Source of the DNA: Bdellovibrionales bacterium | Lineage (GTDB): Bacteria; Bdellovibrionota; Bdellovibrionia; Bdellovibrionales; JAGQZY01 | Direction of reading: 5' to 3' | DNA length: 64,000 nucleotides | NCBI GenBank assembly: GCA_031426555.1 | Contig: JANPLN010000049.1 | Coordinates: forward strand, 1,223 to 65,222 | Part shown: positions 1 through 7,892 of the stretch, in pieces | Numbering within the stretch: position 1 is the first letter of the stretch | Layout: each line of letters begins with the position of its first letter | Notes under the pieces: generated by a model | What the model saw: the letters and a program-made list of their open reading frames with translations, nothing else | Told to the model about the DNA's origin: nothing | Databases searched by the model: none | Translations under genes and position numbers: made by a program

Positions 1-937
1 AAAACAGGCGACGAAGAGGATCGCGCTTTTGCCACTCGTGGCCCAAGCGAAGTTGCAAAAAGTTTTTCACAAATGGGGACCATTTGATTTTGCCTTCAGC
101 AAAACCTTCCACAAACTCCAAGGCTTCGAAAAAATTTTCTTCTTCGCTATGCAACGACGAAATCTTTTGCTCCACCGCGATTTTAAAAGCAGGCACTCCC
201 CGCTCCACGGGCCAATCAACCATGGCCACACGATTTACAAATCTGGAAGTTTCTTTTTCGTTCTCCTGATTGCGAAAGCTGAGCAGCAACTGCTCGCTCG
301 AAAAAAAAGTCAGGGCTTTTTCAATTTGCTCTGCCGATAGTAAGTCATCTCGGAGTTCCACAAACTGCGGTTGCAAATTTTTTATAGACTGTAAACGCTG
401 GCCCTGAAAATGCTGAGGCAAAAGTGTAATTGCTCCTTTGGCCTGAGTTCCACGAAAGTACTCGGCCTCTCCAGGATGCGACTCATACACCCCTTCCGGG
501 AGGGTTAATACATCGTAGCCCTGCTGTTCCCAACGCTCGCTGCGCAAGCGGAAAATCTCGGTCGGAATGCGCAAGTCTTTTGGATCTGGGTTTAAATTAG
601 GTCGGTCGAAGAAAATATTTTTCGAAACATCCCAATCGCGCTGCAACCAAAGAACCTTGGCCCCAGAGGGAATTTCGCCTTTAAATCCGCCACCCACAGC
701 AATATAGACGTGTCCTTGATTGTTTACCGAACCCTGCGCGAGCTGCGAAAAAACTTTGCCTTCCAGCTCACGAAAGGCGCTTTCGCCCTGCTGAGCGAAA
801 ATTTGTGCAATGGAACCATGGGACTTTTCAATTTCGGAATCCAGGCAGTAACATTTGGATTCGGGCAAATAACCTTGCACTCTTTTTAAAAAAGAAGATT
901 TCCCCACACCCCGATGGCCCACCACGATCGTCAGCAT
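1..937 (-). CDS. aroK: Shikimate kinase fused to a type I 3-dehydroquinate dehydratase-like domain (partial; C-terminus runs off the left edge)
   Basis: Not in the ORF track because no stop lies in the window. My manual reverse translation from ATG at 937 is open to position 1. The N-terminus MLTIVVGHRGVGKSSFLKRV is a P-loop typical of shikimate kinase. Downstream, FVELRDDLL / LLLSFRN / SSLHSE / GKIKW line up with the AroD-type motifs (EWRVD, FTFRS, SNHDF, PKIA). The ATG overlaps the aroA stop (ATGCTGA). Confidence 0.6.
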   Translation of the reverse strand, partial: MLTIVVGHRGVGKSSFLKRVQGYLPESKCYCLDSEIEKSHGSIAQIFAQQGESAFRELEGKVFSQLAQGSVNNQGHVYIAVGGGFKGEIPSGAKVLWLQRDWDVSKNIFFDRPNLNPDPKDLRIPTEIFRLRSERWEQQGYDVLTLPEGVYESHPGEAEYFRGTQAKGAITLLPQHFQGQRLQSIKNLQPQFVELRDDLLSAEQIEKALTFFSSEQLLLSFRNQENEKETSRFVNRVAMVDWPVERGVPAFKIAVEQKISSLHSEEENFFEALEFVEGFAEGKIKWSPFVKNFLQLRLGHEWQKRDPLRRLF

Positions 938-2103
938 GATACTGTTCCCGCGAGATGTTGCCAAAATTGTGGATAGCTCTTTTCCACCACTTCTGGATTT
1001 AAAATTTCAAACTTCGCGCCGTAAAGATTTGCCACCTGCGCTGCCATGGCCATGCGGTGGTCTTGATCGGGATCAAAAAGTCCGTGACCTTCGAACGGAG
1101 CACTTGTCCCCTCAATCAAAAGCGTTGTCCCCGTTAAAGTGGTTTTTCGTCCCAGGCGCTCCAAAAGGTGAATGGTATTTTGCAACCGATCGGATTCTTT
1201 CACTGACAAATGAAGGAGATCGGAAAGTTGAGATTCCCCCTCAGCCCTGGCACATAACACTGCGAGCACGGGAAAGAGATCGGGCGTATTCAACAGAGAT
1301 AAGTTCACGGGACCGAGTCTGGGAGTCGCTCTCGCCCAGAGTTGCTCCTGCTCTCGCTCAACACCGGCACCCATTTTTTTAAGAATTTCTAAAAAAACGA
1401 TATCGGGTTGCAGAGAGCTAAACGGAAAGTTTTGCAAACACACCTCTCCCGCCTGTAGAGCACAAGCAACCAATGCGAAACACGAACTCACATCCTGCTC
1501 GCTGGCATAATTTGTGGCCTTTGGAGTTTGCTTGGCGGGAATACGATACCCTTTTTCTGTTTGCGTGTATTGAAATCCAAACTGCTTCATCAACTCCAAC
1601 GTCATTTGCAAGTAACCCATGGACACTTGTTTCTCAGAGAGTTGCAGCTCTAAGTCAAAAGGCAGCGTCCACGAATTCAGTAAAACGCTGGACGCAAACT
1701 GGCTGGACTGTTCGGCAGAAACGGAAACGGACGGACGAGGTTGCCACCCCTTCGAGTAAATCACCCACTGCGCGGCGCTCGCTTCCACGTCCACGCCAAA
1801 GGCGTTCAATGTTTGCACCAAGGCTTCGTGGGGGCGCGACAAAAGCCGTCGAGAGCCTTTAACGATCCAGCGACCTGGTTGCCGCGAGAGTCGCAACACC
1901 AAAAACCGAAAACTGGTTCCCGCATCGACGCAATCGAACTCTGTTTGACCGCGCTCAAAATCCGAAAGAGCTTTTTGCAAAACCTGAACATCCATAGAAT
2001 CTGTGGAAAAAGCGACTTTTACCTCTGGATTGTAAGACTTTATGGTCAGCGCGCGGTTCACCAAAGATTTCGAAGATGGCAGCTCTCCCGAAAAACTAAA
2101 CAT
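931..2103 (-). CDS. aroA: 3-phosphoshikimate 1-carboxyvinyltransferase (EPSP synthase)
   Basis: ORF 931..2145. GELPSSKSLVNRAL near the N-terminus resembles the EPSPS PGSKS-x-NRAL motif, and length fits the family. I chose the start at internal Met (MFSFSG...) at 2103, which overlaps the aroB stop by 8 nt (ATGTTTAG). Confidence 0.85.
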   Translation of the reverse strand: MFSFSGELPSSKSLVNRALTIKSYNPEVKVAFSTDSMDVQVLQKALSDFERGQTEFDCVDAGTSFRFLVLRLSRQPGRWIVKGSRRLLSRPHEALVQTLNAFGVDVEASAAQWVIYSKGWQPRPSVSVSAEQSSQFASSVLLNSWTLPFDLELQLSEKQVSMGYLQMTLELMKQFGFQYTQTEKGYRIPAKQTPKATNYASEQDVSSCFALVACALQAGEVCLQNFPFSSLQPDIVFLEILKKMGAGVEREQEQLWARATPRLGPVNLSLLNTPDLFPVLAVLCARAEGESQLSDLLHLSVKESDRLQNTIHLLERLGRKTTLTGTTLLIEGTSAPFEGHGLFDPDQDHRMAMAAQVANLYGAKFEILNPEVVEKSYPQFWQHLAGTVSC

Positions 2104-3142
2104 CCTCGGCCCAACCCTGTCGTTGCGCCTCAAAAACAAGATCACGCAGAGACACCGGAATCACCTTGGCTTCGCCCAGGTCACTTAAAAAGATAAAATC
2201 AATTTTTGCCTGAGCATTCATTTTTTTATCCTGCATTGCCAAGCGAAGAACCTCATGTCCAGGCATCGGTTTGAAGTCGGATTTATCCAACCAACTTCGC
2301 AAACCGAGCTCAGTGAATTTTTTAAAAATCATTTCTCGCCGAGATTCGGGCAACAAACCAATCTTTGCACTCCAATCCACAGCAAAGTAAAGCCCCTGAA
2401 GAACACTTTCGCCATGGGAAACCTGAAAGTGCGACTCGAACACATGGCCCAAGGTGTGACCAAAATTTAAAATTTTTCGCAGGCCCTGAGTTTCAAACGG
2501 ATCCTGCTCAACAATTTGATTTTTTGCCTGAATCGCTTTTTGCAAGTTTTGCCAAATCATCAAGGAAAGCCCTTTTTCCAATTTCAAATCTTGTAAAAAG
2601 GGGGGCTGACAAATGAGCGCCATCTTGAGCATTTCACCCAAACCTTCGCGAGCGCGTTCATCGTTTTGAGTAAACAAAAGATCTTTCACCAGCACCACAT
2701 TTTCGGCTGGATAAAAGGTACCCACTTGATTTTTAACAGCCCGAACATTCAGTGCGGTTTTCCCGCCATGGGCCGAATCTATGGCTGAAAGCCACGTGGT
2801 TGGACACTGAGTGAGTCGCAAGCCGCGTTTTAAAATCGACGCTAAGAAACCACTAAAGTCTCCAACGGAACCACCTCCGCAGGAGATAATACGACTCTGT
2901 CGACTTAAGGGCTCCGTCCAAAGTTCCAAAACATTTTCAACATGGGCAGCGAAGGTGGACAAATTCTTTAGCGATTCTCCGGCCTGCACGCGATAGACGT
3001 AACGAAACTTTTTTCCAATGTCAGGAAAGTGCTGATCGACTGTGGCGTCGATAATGATTAAATCTTTTTCAACGTCGAAAATTTCGAAGGGAAATTGTTC
3101 ACTGAGTTTAAGTTGGCTGGAAAATGGGACGGCAGTGGTCAT
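2096..3142 (-). CDS. aroB: 3-dehydroquinate synthase
   Basis: 348 aa. The [11 protein letters not shown] nucleotide-binding loop and [11 protein letters not shown] are typical of AroB. An ATGA overlap joins it to the upstream ung stop. Confidence 0.9.
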   Translation of the reverse strand: MTTAVPFSSQLKLSEQFPFEIFDVEKDLIIIDATVDQHFPDIGKKFRYVYRVQAGESLKNLSTFAAHVENVLELWTEPLSRQSRIISCGGGSVGDFSGFLASILKRGLRLTQCPTTWLSAIDSAHGGKTALNVRAVKNQVGTFYPAENVVLVKDLLFTQNDERAREGLGEMLKMALICQPPFLQDLKLEKGLSLMIWQNLQKAIQAKNQIVEQDPFETQGLRKILNFGHTLGHVFESHFQVSHGESVLQGLYFAVDWSAKIGLLPESRREMIFKKFTELGLRSWLDKSDFKPMPGHEVLRLAMQDKKMNAQAKIDFIFLSDLGEAKVIPVSLRDLVFEAQRQGWAEDV

Positions 3143-3843
3143 AATGAATCCAAACTCCAGTCAATGGGAACAAAGCCGTTTTTTTGTAAAAACTGATTGG
3201 TTTTTGAAAAATGCTTACACCCTAAAAATCCACGATGCGCAGATAACGGCGAAGGATGAACAGACTCTAATACTAAATGTTTTTTGCGATCCACAAACTG
3301 CGCCTTGCTTTGCGCGTAGCTCCCCCAAAGCAAAAACACAAGGGGTCTTGGCTGACCATTGAGCTCGCGAATCACTCGGTCGGTGAGCCGCTCCCAGCCT
3401 TTATTGCGATGGGAAGCCGCCAGTCCGTCTTCGACGGTGAGCACGCTATTGAGTAACAACACACCTTGCTCGGCCCACTTGGTTAAACACCCGTGCTGAG
3501 GAATGGGTAAGGCCAAATCATTTTGAATTTCTTTAAAAATATTTTTAAGCGAGGGTGGAGGCACAACACCCTTACGTACCGAAAAGCACAGGCCGTGGGC
3601 CTGACCGGGTCCATGGTAAGGATCCTGCCCTAAGATGACCACGCGAACACGATCAAGAGGCGTTTGTTCAAAGGCGGCAAAGTATTCTTGGGGCTTTGGA
3701 TAAATGATTTTTTTTAGCTCGATTTCTTTTTTTAAAAACCCGCGCAACTCACGCATATAGTCTTGGTCAAGCTCATCGGCAAGCGCGCGTTTCCACGTTG
3801 TTTCGAGACGAAGTGAATCTTGGGTCTTTTCTTGGGCTTGCAT
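3139..3843 (-). CDS. ung: Uracil-DNA glycosylase, family 1
   Basis: Has the canonical [18 protein letters not shown] water-activating loop and the HPSPLSA leucine-loop motif. The start was moved to Met44 of the track ORF (ATG at 3843) to give a normal ~234-aa UNG. Confidence 0.9.
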   Translation of the reverse strand: MQAQEKTQDSLRLETTWKRALADELDQDYMRELRGFLKKEIELKKIIYPKPQEYFAAFEQTPLDRVRVVILGQDPYHGPGQAHGLCFSVRKGVVPPPSLKNIFKEIQNDLALPIPQHGCLTKWAEQGVLLLNSVLTVEDGLAASHRNKGWERLTDRVIRELNGQPRPLVFLLWGSYAQSKAQFVDRKKHLVLESVHPSPLSAHRGFLGCKHFSKTNQFLQKNGFVPIDWSLDSL

Positions 3844-4063
3844 AAACAGTACAGTTTTAGGTGACAAAGCCAAAGGGGTCAACAAACAGGACGTATGACT
3901 CAAAATGAGCCATAAATCCTGCGTAAAATGCAGCCTTGGACTCGACCTTGACGGAATGGAAAAAAGATCCACTTTTATGATAAGATATTAATGTGGGTTG
4001 TCATTTTGAGACCCTCTCCAGAGGCCCTTTACAAGGGATTTGGGTTCTACAAAAGGAGGGCTT

Positions 4064-4414
4064 ATGTTTGCGATGAATTTGAATAAGCTCAACGTAAATG
4101 AGGCTGAATTAAAGGCGTTTATATACCAACAGTTGAATGACATTCAGCCCTTCGTTGGTGACTGTGAAGTGGGCATTAAAATGACCTACACGCCCGAGCA
4201 CCTGTTCCTTGTACGCATGCAGGCGTCCCACGAGGCCGGTGATGTGGAGGTCGAGGGCACAAACGAAAATGTGTTCACCGCTTTGACCGAAGCGAAGCAC
4301 GCTTTGATCCGCACGTTTTCAACTCTCGACACTGTCGAAACCGAAGATGGTGACGAAGACGAGCGCGATGAGGAAATCCAAGACCTGCTGACTAAAAAAG
4401 ACGTGAAACATTAG
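4064..4414 (+). CDS. Small acidic protein, possibly HPF/RaiA (ribosome hibernation)-like
   Basis: ATG at 4064 is preceded by AAAGGAGGG. The layout (E..NVFTALTEAKHALIRTF followed by an acidic tail) resembles the YfiA/HPF fold pattern. This is a weak call by eye only. Confidence 0.3.
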   Translation: MFAMNLNKLNVNEAELKAFIYQQLNDIQPFVGDCEVGIKMTYTPEHLFLVRMQASHEAGDVEVEGTNENVFTALTEAKHALIRTFSTLDTVETEDGDEDERDEEIQDLLTKKDVKH

Positions 4415-4481
4415 GCGAAACATTAAAGAGCATTAAGCAGTTCTTGTCTTTGTAGGCGTTTTTGCATAATGATTAGAACTC

Positions 4482-5480
4482 ATGATAGCTCCCCCAAAAC
4501 GCATCCTCTTTGTACGCATGGACCGAATCGGCGATCTCGTCCTCACTCTGCCATCGGATCAAAACCCGCTGTTTAGAGAATCCGAGAAACTCTGGTTTAT
4601 TTCTAAAGGCCTCGAGTTTGTGGCAGAAAATGCAATTCCACCCCGACGATATATTGGCTGGAAAAAAGAGTTCTCCTGGTCGCAGTTTTTTTTGTTTATC
4701 AAGAAAGTTCGCGAATTTGCCCCGCAGATCAGCGTCTCGTTTCAGTCACCCTGGTGGGTGACGTTGGCCCTTTGGCTGTCTGGCGTTCCTGAACGTGTCG
4801 GTGTTTTGAGTTCCTGGCATTCGTTTTTGTTTCTTAACTACGGACTTCGACAAAAACGCAGTCTCTGCGAGCATCACGAACTCGATTACAATCATCTGCT
4901 GGTGCAAAAAACTTTAACGCCACGGTTTGCAGCAGAGACTACCTATTTAAAAATGGTCGGACCCGCTTTCAAGTCGCCTCTTCCGCAAAGCTACATTGTC
5001 ATTCATCCCGGCATGGCAGGCTCCGCTCTCAATTGGCCCATTTCCCACTATCGAAATCTCATTTTAGCAATGTCGCAAAAAATCCCGGTGATCATTACCG
5101 GAACCGCTACGGATCGTTCGATCTTGGAACCACTCGAAGAAACTTTACCGAAGCGCGAAAATATTTTGTGGTTCAACGAGCGTTTGAATCCGCAACAACT
5201 TTTGGGCGTTCTGCAAAATGCCAAGGCCGTCTTTGCGCCGAGCACGGGTGTTTTGCATTTAGCTGCGGCTTTGGGCGTACCCACTCGCGGCATTTATAGC
5301 CCAGTTAATGTGCAAAAAGCCGAGCGTTGGGGTCCTCGCGGCCCAAACACCAATACATGGACGCCCGGAGTGCCCTGTCCCGGGCGTTTTCGCTGTCTGG
5401 GGAGCTCTTGCAAACACTTTAACTGCATGGAGCTTGTCAGCCCGCAGGAAATTGAAGACAATATCTCTAAATTGATCTGA
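4482..5480 (+). CDS. Glycosyltransferase family 9 (LPS heptosyltransferase-like)
   Basis: The N-terminal RILFVRMDRIGDLVLTLP is the hallmark start of ADP-heptose:LPS heptosyltransferases. Size is 332 aa. Confidence 0.75.
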   Translation: MIAPPKRILFVRMDRIGDLVLTLPSDQNPLFRESEKLWFISKGLEFVAENAIPPRRYIGWKKEFSWSQFFLFIKKVREFAPQISVSFQSPWWVTLALWLSGVPERVGVLSSWHSFLFLNYGLRQKRSLCEHHELDYNHLLVQKTLTPRFAAETTYLKMVGPAFKSPLPQSYIVIHPGMAGSALNWPISHYRNLILAMSQKIPVIITGTATDRSILEPLEETLPKRENILWFNERLNPQQLLGVLQNAKAVFAPSTGVLHLAAALGVPTRGIYSPVNVQKAERWGPRGPNTNTWTPGVPCPGRFRCLGSSCKHFNCMELVSPQEIEDNISKLI

Positions 5481-5510
5481 GCCATTAACTTTGCGCTCAC
5501 AGGAGGACCT

Positions 5511-6050
5511 ATGAAAAAAATATTTATTTGTCTACTAATGCTTGTTCCTTTATCGAGTCAGGCTCTGTTTGAAATCCGCGCTGGTTATGGAACTACCACA
5601 ATGGATGAAGACACCTACAATGGACTCTCGGTGGACGATATGAAGGGTTACAATCTCGATGTTATTATTGAACCACCCTTCATTACAGATATGGGCTTTG
5701 GACTTCGTTACGAAAAAATGAAATTTGATATTGGCTCCGGAACAGAAGCGGAACTCGAGCGTATTTCTGCCCTCATCAATTATCGCTTTATCGATTTCGT
5801 GACCTATTTGGGCGTCATCGGAACTGTTGGTCTGAGCAATGACTTTCAAACGACAACTGGTGGAGTGACTGATGATGACTACGATCCTTCCCTCAATTAT
5901 TCGATAGGTCTTGAAGGCGGCGTGAGCTTAGGACTTATTCAAATCGGCGCCGAGGTTGGTAAGTTTTTTGGTGAAGTTGAAAATCCAGGATTTTCCGACC
6001 TTGATATTTCTGGTCTTTACGGAAAAGTCCTCGTTGGCTTTGGTTTTTAA
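5511..6050 (+). CDS. Small outer-membrane beta-barrel protein (OmpW/OmpA-beta-barrel-like)
   Basis: Strong RBS (AGGAGG) and a signal peptide (MKKIFICLLMLVPLSSQA). It shows alternating hydrophobic beta-strand periodicity and a C-terminal ...VGFGF aromatic terminus typical of OMPs. Confidence 0.5.
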   Translation: MKKIFICLLMLVPLSSQALFEIRAGYGTTTMDEDTYNGLSVDDMKGYNLDVIIEPPFITDMGFGLRYEKMKFDIGSGTEAELERISALINYRFIDFVTYLGVIGTVGLSNDFQTTTGGVTDDDYDPSLNYSIGLEGGVSLGLIQIGAEVGKFFGEVENPGFSDLDISGLYGKVLVGFGF

Positions 6051-6063
6051 TTTTTTGTTAATC

Positions 6064-6085
6064 AGAGGTGTGGTCTTGCACCTCT
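6064..6085. terminator. Hairpin between convergent genes (possible bidirectional terminator)
   Basis: AGAGGTG-N8-CACCTCT is flanked by TTTTTTG upstream and TTAATT downstream. It sits between the OMP gene (+) and the lipoprotein gene (-). Confidence 0.4.
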
Positions 6086-6615
6086 TAATTCGATCGCTTC
6101 AAAACTTCTTTTAAAACACGACTTTCACAAACCCATGGTGCTTGCCGCATGCAAGCGAGCGTTTGTGCTTTTTCGCTCTCCTGCAACGGTAATAATTTCC
6201 CTACAGCTTTGAGCTCCGTGGCTGAAAGAAAGAAATTAAACGACTGCAGGTACTCAGAAAATCCAACGTAAATGTCGCAACTGCAAGTGGCCGCGCAATC
6301 GGATTTCCAAAAAGCGACTTTCTCCTTGAGCGAACGCTTGAGATAATCTTCTTGAACTTCAGAATACTTTTCGTCCACAAGGGAGCGATAAGTTTGTAAA
6401 GCCCCCGCCATCTTATTTTGCGGGACAGAGCAGTTGTTTTCCGTTTTGTCGAAAGCTTTGTTCAAATATTGACCCACTTGACCCAGATCTTCCAAGCTCA
6501 TCTCTAAATGGCTTTGCGACAATCGCGGATCTTGTTTTTGCCCTTGTGGTGGCTCGGGCAAAGTCATGCAGCTTGCAACCGATAGAAGCAAAAGATAACC
6601 CATATAATTTTTCAT
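6085..6615 (-). CDS. Hypothetical Cys-containing lipoprotein
   Basis: Start taken at the internal Met (MKNYMGYLLLLSVASC, lipobox-like) at 6615, which gives an ATGA overlap with the upstream acyltransferase stop. I recognised no family. Confidence 0.4.
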   Translation of the reverse strand: MKNYMGYLLLLSVASCMTLPEPPQGQKQDPRLSQSHLEMSLEDLGQVGQYLNKAFDKTENNCSVPQNKMAGALQTYRSLVDEKYSEVQEDYLKRSLKEKVAFWKSDCAATCSCDIYVGFSEYLQSFNFFLSATELKAVGKLLPLQESEKAQTLACMRQAPWVCESRVLKEVLKRSN

Positions 6616-7400
6616 GGTTTCTCCTGGATGCTGGTTAAAAATTCCTTGGGACGGTTTGAAAAGTAACAATGGCTAATTTGCTGATAAGCCCGGTCGCTCA
6701 ATTGCCCGCGGTCGGGAAATTGCTGGGCAGGAATGGGCTCTAAATATTCAACAGTCACCTTGGCGGATTTGAGAGACGCCATTTTAAAAAAATGCGATAC
6801 AAAGGGCGTTTTTCCAAACCAACACAAAATACGATGATTCTTTCGGCTAAAGGGTTCGCCATTGAGTTCCTCGTAACGGAGACAAACCGGCAACACCTCG
6901 GCGCCAGCGGAAATGGCTGCCGTGAACATGGCTTTTTTGAAAGGCAACAGCGAAAGGCCATCGTGACTGGTGGCCTCGGGAAATACAAACACGTTGAAGC
7001 CGTCTTGCAACAGTTGCGCTAACTCTTTAATCTCTTTTGGAATGCGGCTGCGGTCGCGCCGTTCAACAAAGTAGCTTCCACCAAACGACGAGCACTCGCC
7101 TAAGAACGGAGTCTGTTTCATTTCTACCGAGGTTACGAAAACCGCTGGCTCTCCGGCGCTTAAAAAAAGAATATCCATGTACGACATGTGGTTACAAACC
7201 ATAAAATACGTTTTACCGCCGGCAAACAGATCGGGCCGCGACAAACGATATTCAACCTGAAAGCCAAACCCCTTCAACAGGCTTTTGCATTTGGCGGAAA
7301 CTTTTTGAATGGCTATTTTTCGCCATGCCAGACGATCGCGATAAAAATAATACCGAAGGCCCCCAAAGACGAGGTATTCGCTCACTAAAACTATGGCCAT
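6612..7400 (-). CDS. 1-acyl-sn-glycerol-3-phosphate acyltransferase family (PlsC-like)
   Basis: Has the NHMSYMDI (HX4D acyltransferase motif) and FPEATSHDG (FPEGTR-like block). The start was trimmed to MAIVLV (7400) to avoid overlap with the upstream gene that ends at 7411. Confidence 0.75.
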   Translation of the reverse strand: MAIVLVSEYLVFGGLRYYFYRDRLAWRKIAIQKVSAKCKSLLKGFGFQVEYRLSRPDLFAGGKTYFMVCNHMSYMDILFLSAGEPAVFVTSVEMKQTPFLGECSSFGGSYFVERRDRSRIPKEIKELAQLLQDGFNVFVFPEATSHDGLSLLPFKKAMFTAAISAGAEVLPVCLRYEELNGEPFSRKNHRILCWFGKTPFVSHFFKMASLKSAKVTVEYLEPIPAQQFPDRGQLSDRAYQQISHCYFSNRPKEFLTSIQEKP

Positions 7401-7410
7401 GATTGTATTT

Positions 7411-7887
7411 TTAAGGGAACGAAGCACGCCGAGTGGTCCGTTCGTTTTGTGCATCCCAGTCGGAAAGCGTGATAGAGGAGGCGGAGACAAGTCGTGATTC
7501 ATCGGCGTAGGCATCGCCCGGGTTTTTAGTGAGTGACCGATCGAGATCAATGGTGCCGCAAATATTGTAGGTGCTCGACGGGATTTGACTGGCAGGGCTT
7601 GAGTTATTATCTCTCCATGTGGTCACGGTGCCTGAGCAGCCAAAACCAAAGGTGCAAGTGATGTTGGCCGTACCCGCCACGACCGGAGCCAGGGGAATCT
7701 GATCATCGGCACAACCTGAGCTGGTGATGTTCATTGTCACCTCGTAGCTTCCTGTCGCGACGGCTGTACACTTCGCGTTTTGACAATCGATGATCACGTC
7801 TGGAATCGCCACAGGGTCTCCGCTTCCGGCAGATTCGCAGCGATTTAAGAGAACACCTAACAAAATTAAGAATAATGCTTTTTTCAT
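7411..7887 (-). CDS. Hypothetical Cys-rich secreted protein or lipoprotein
   Basis: Signal peptide MKKALFLILLGVLLNRC and eight Cys in 158 aa. No recognisable family. Confidence 0.4.
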   Translation of the reverse strand: MKKALFLILLGVLLNRCESAGSGDPVAIPDVIIDCQNAKCTAVATGSYEVTMNITSSGCADDQIPLAPVVAGTANITCTFGFGCSGTVTTWRDNNSSPASQIPSSTYNICGTIDLDRSLTKNPGDAYADESRLVSASSITLSDWDAQNERTTRRASFP

Positions 7888-7892
7888 GGTCC

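Noticed and set aside
29-2196. Several plus-strand ORFs (29..340, 936..1382, 1473..1862, 1741..2196)
   Set aside because: All are antisense to the aroK, aroA and aroB frames, which carry family motifs and overlapped start/stop junctions.
3844-3972. N-terminal extensions given by the ORF track. Examples are ung to 3972, plsC-like to 7550, menD to 16563, menH to 14980, lpdA to 44541, lipA to 46982, and DAHPS from 17639
   Set aside because: The extensions overlap upstream genes or lack RBSs. The conserved family N-termini begin at internal Met codons that create classic ATGA/TAATG couplings.
4686-4693. Homopolymer tracts inside genes as phase-variation switches: T8 in the heptosyltransferase at 4686-4693, T9 (A9 on the coding strand) in lipB at 42912-42920, and A9 in the PP2C-like gene at 37599-37607
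   Set aside because: The tracts are short, encode ordinary Phe/Lys runs and occur in housekeeping genes such as lipB. Without population or resequencing data there is no evidence of length variation.
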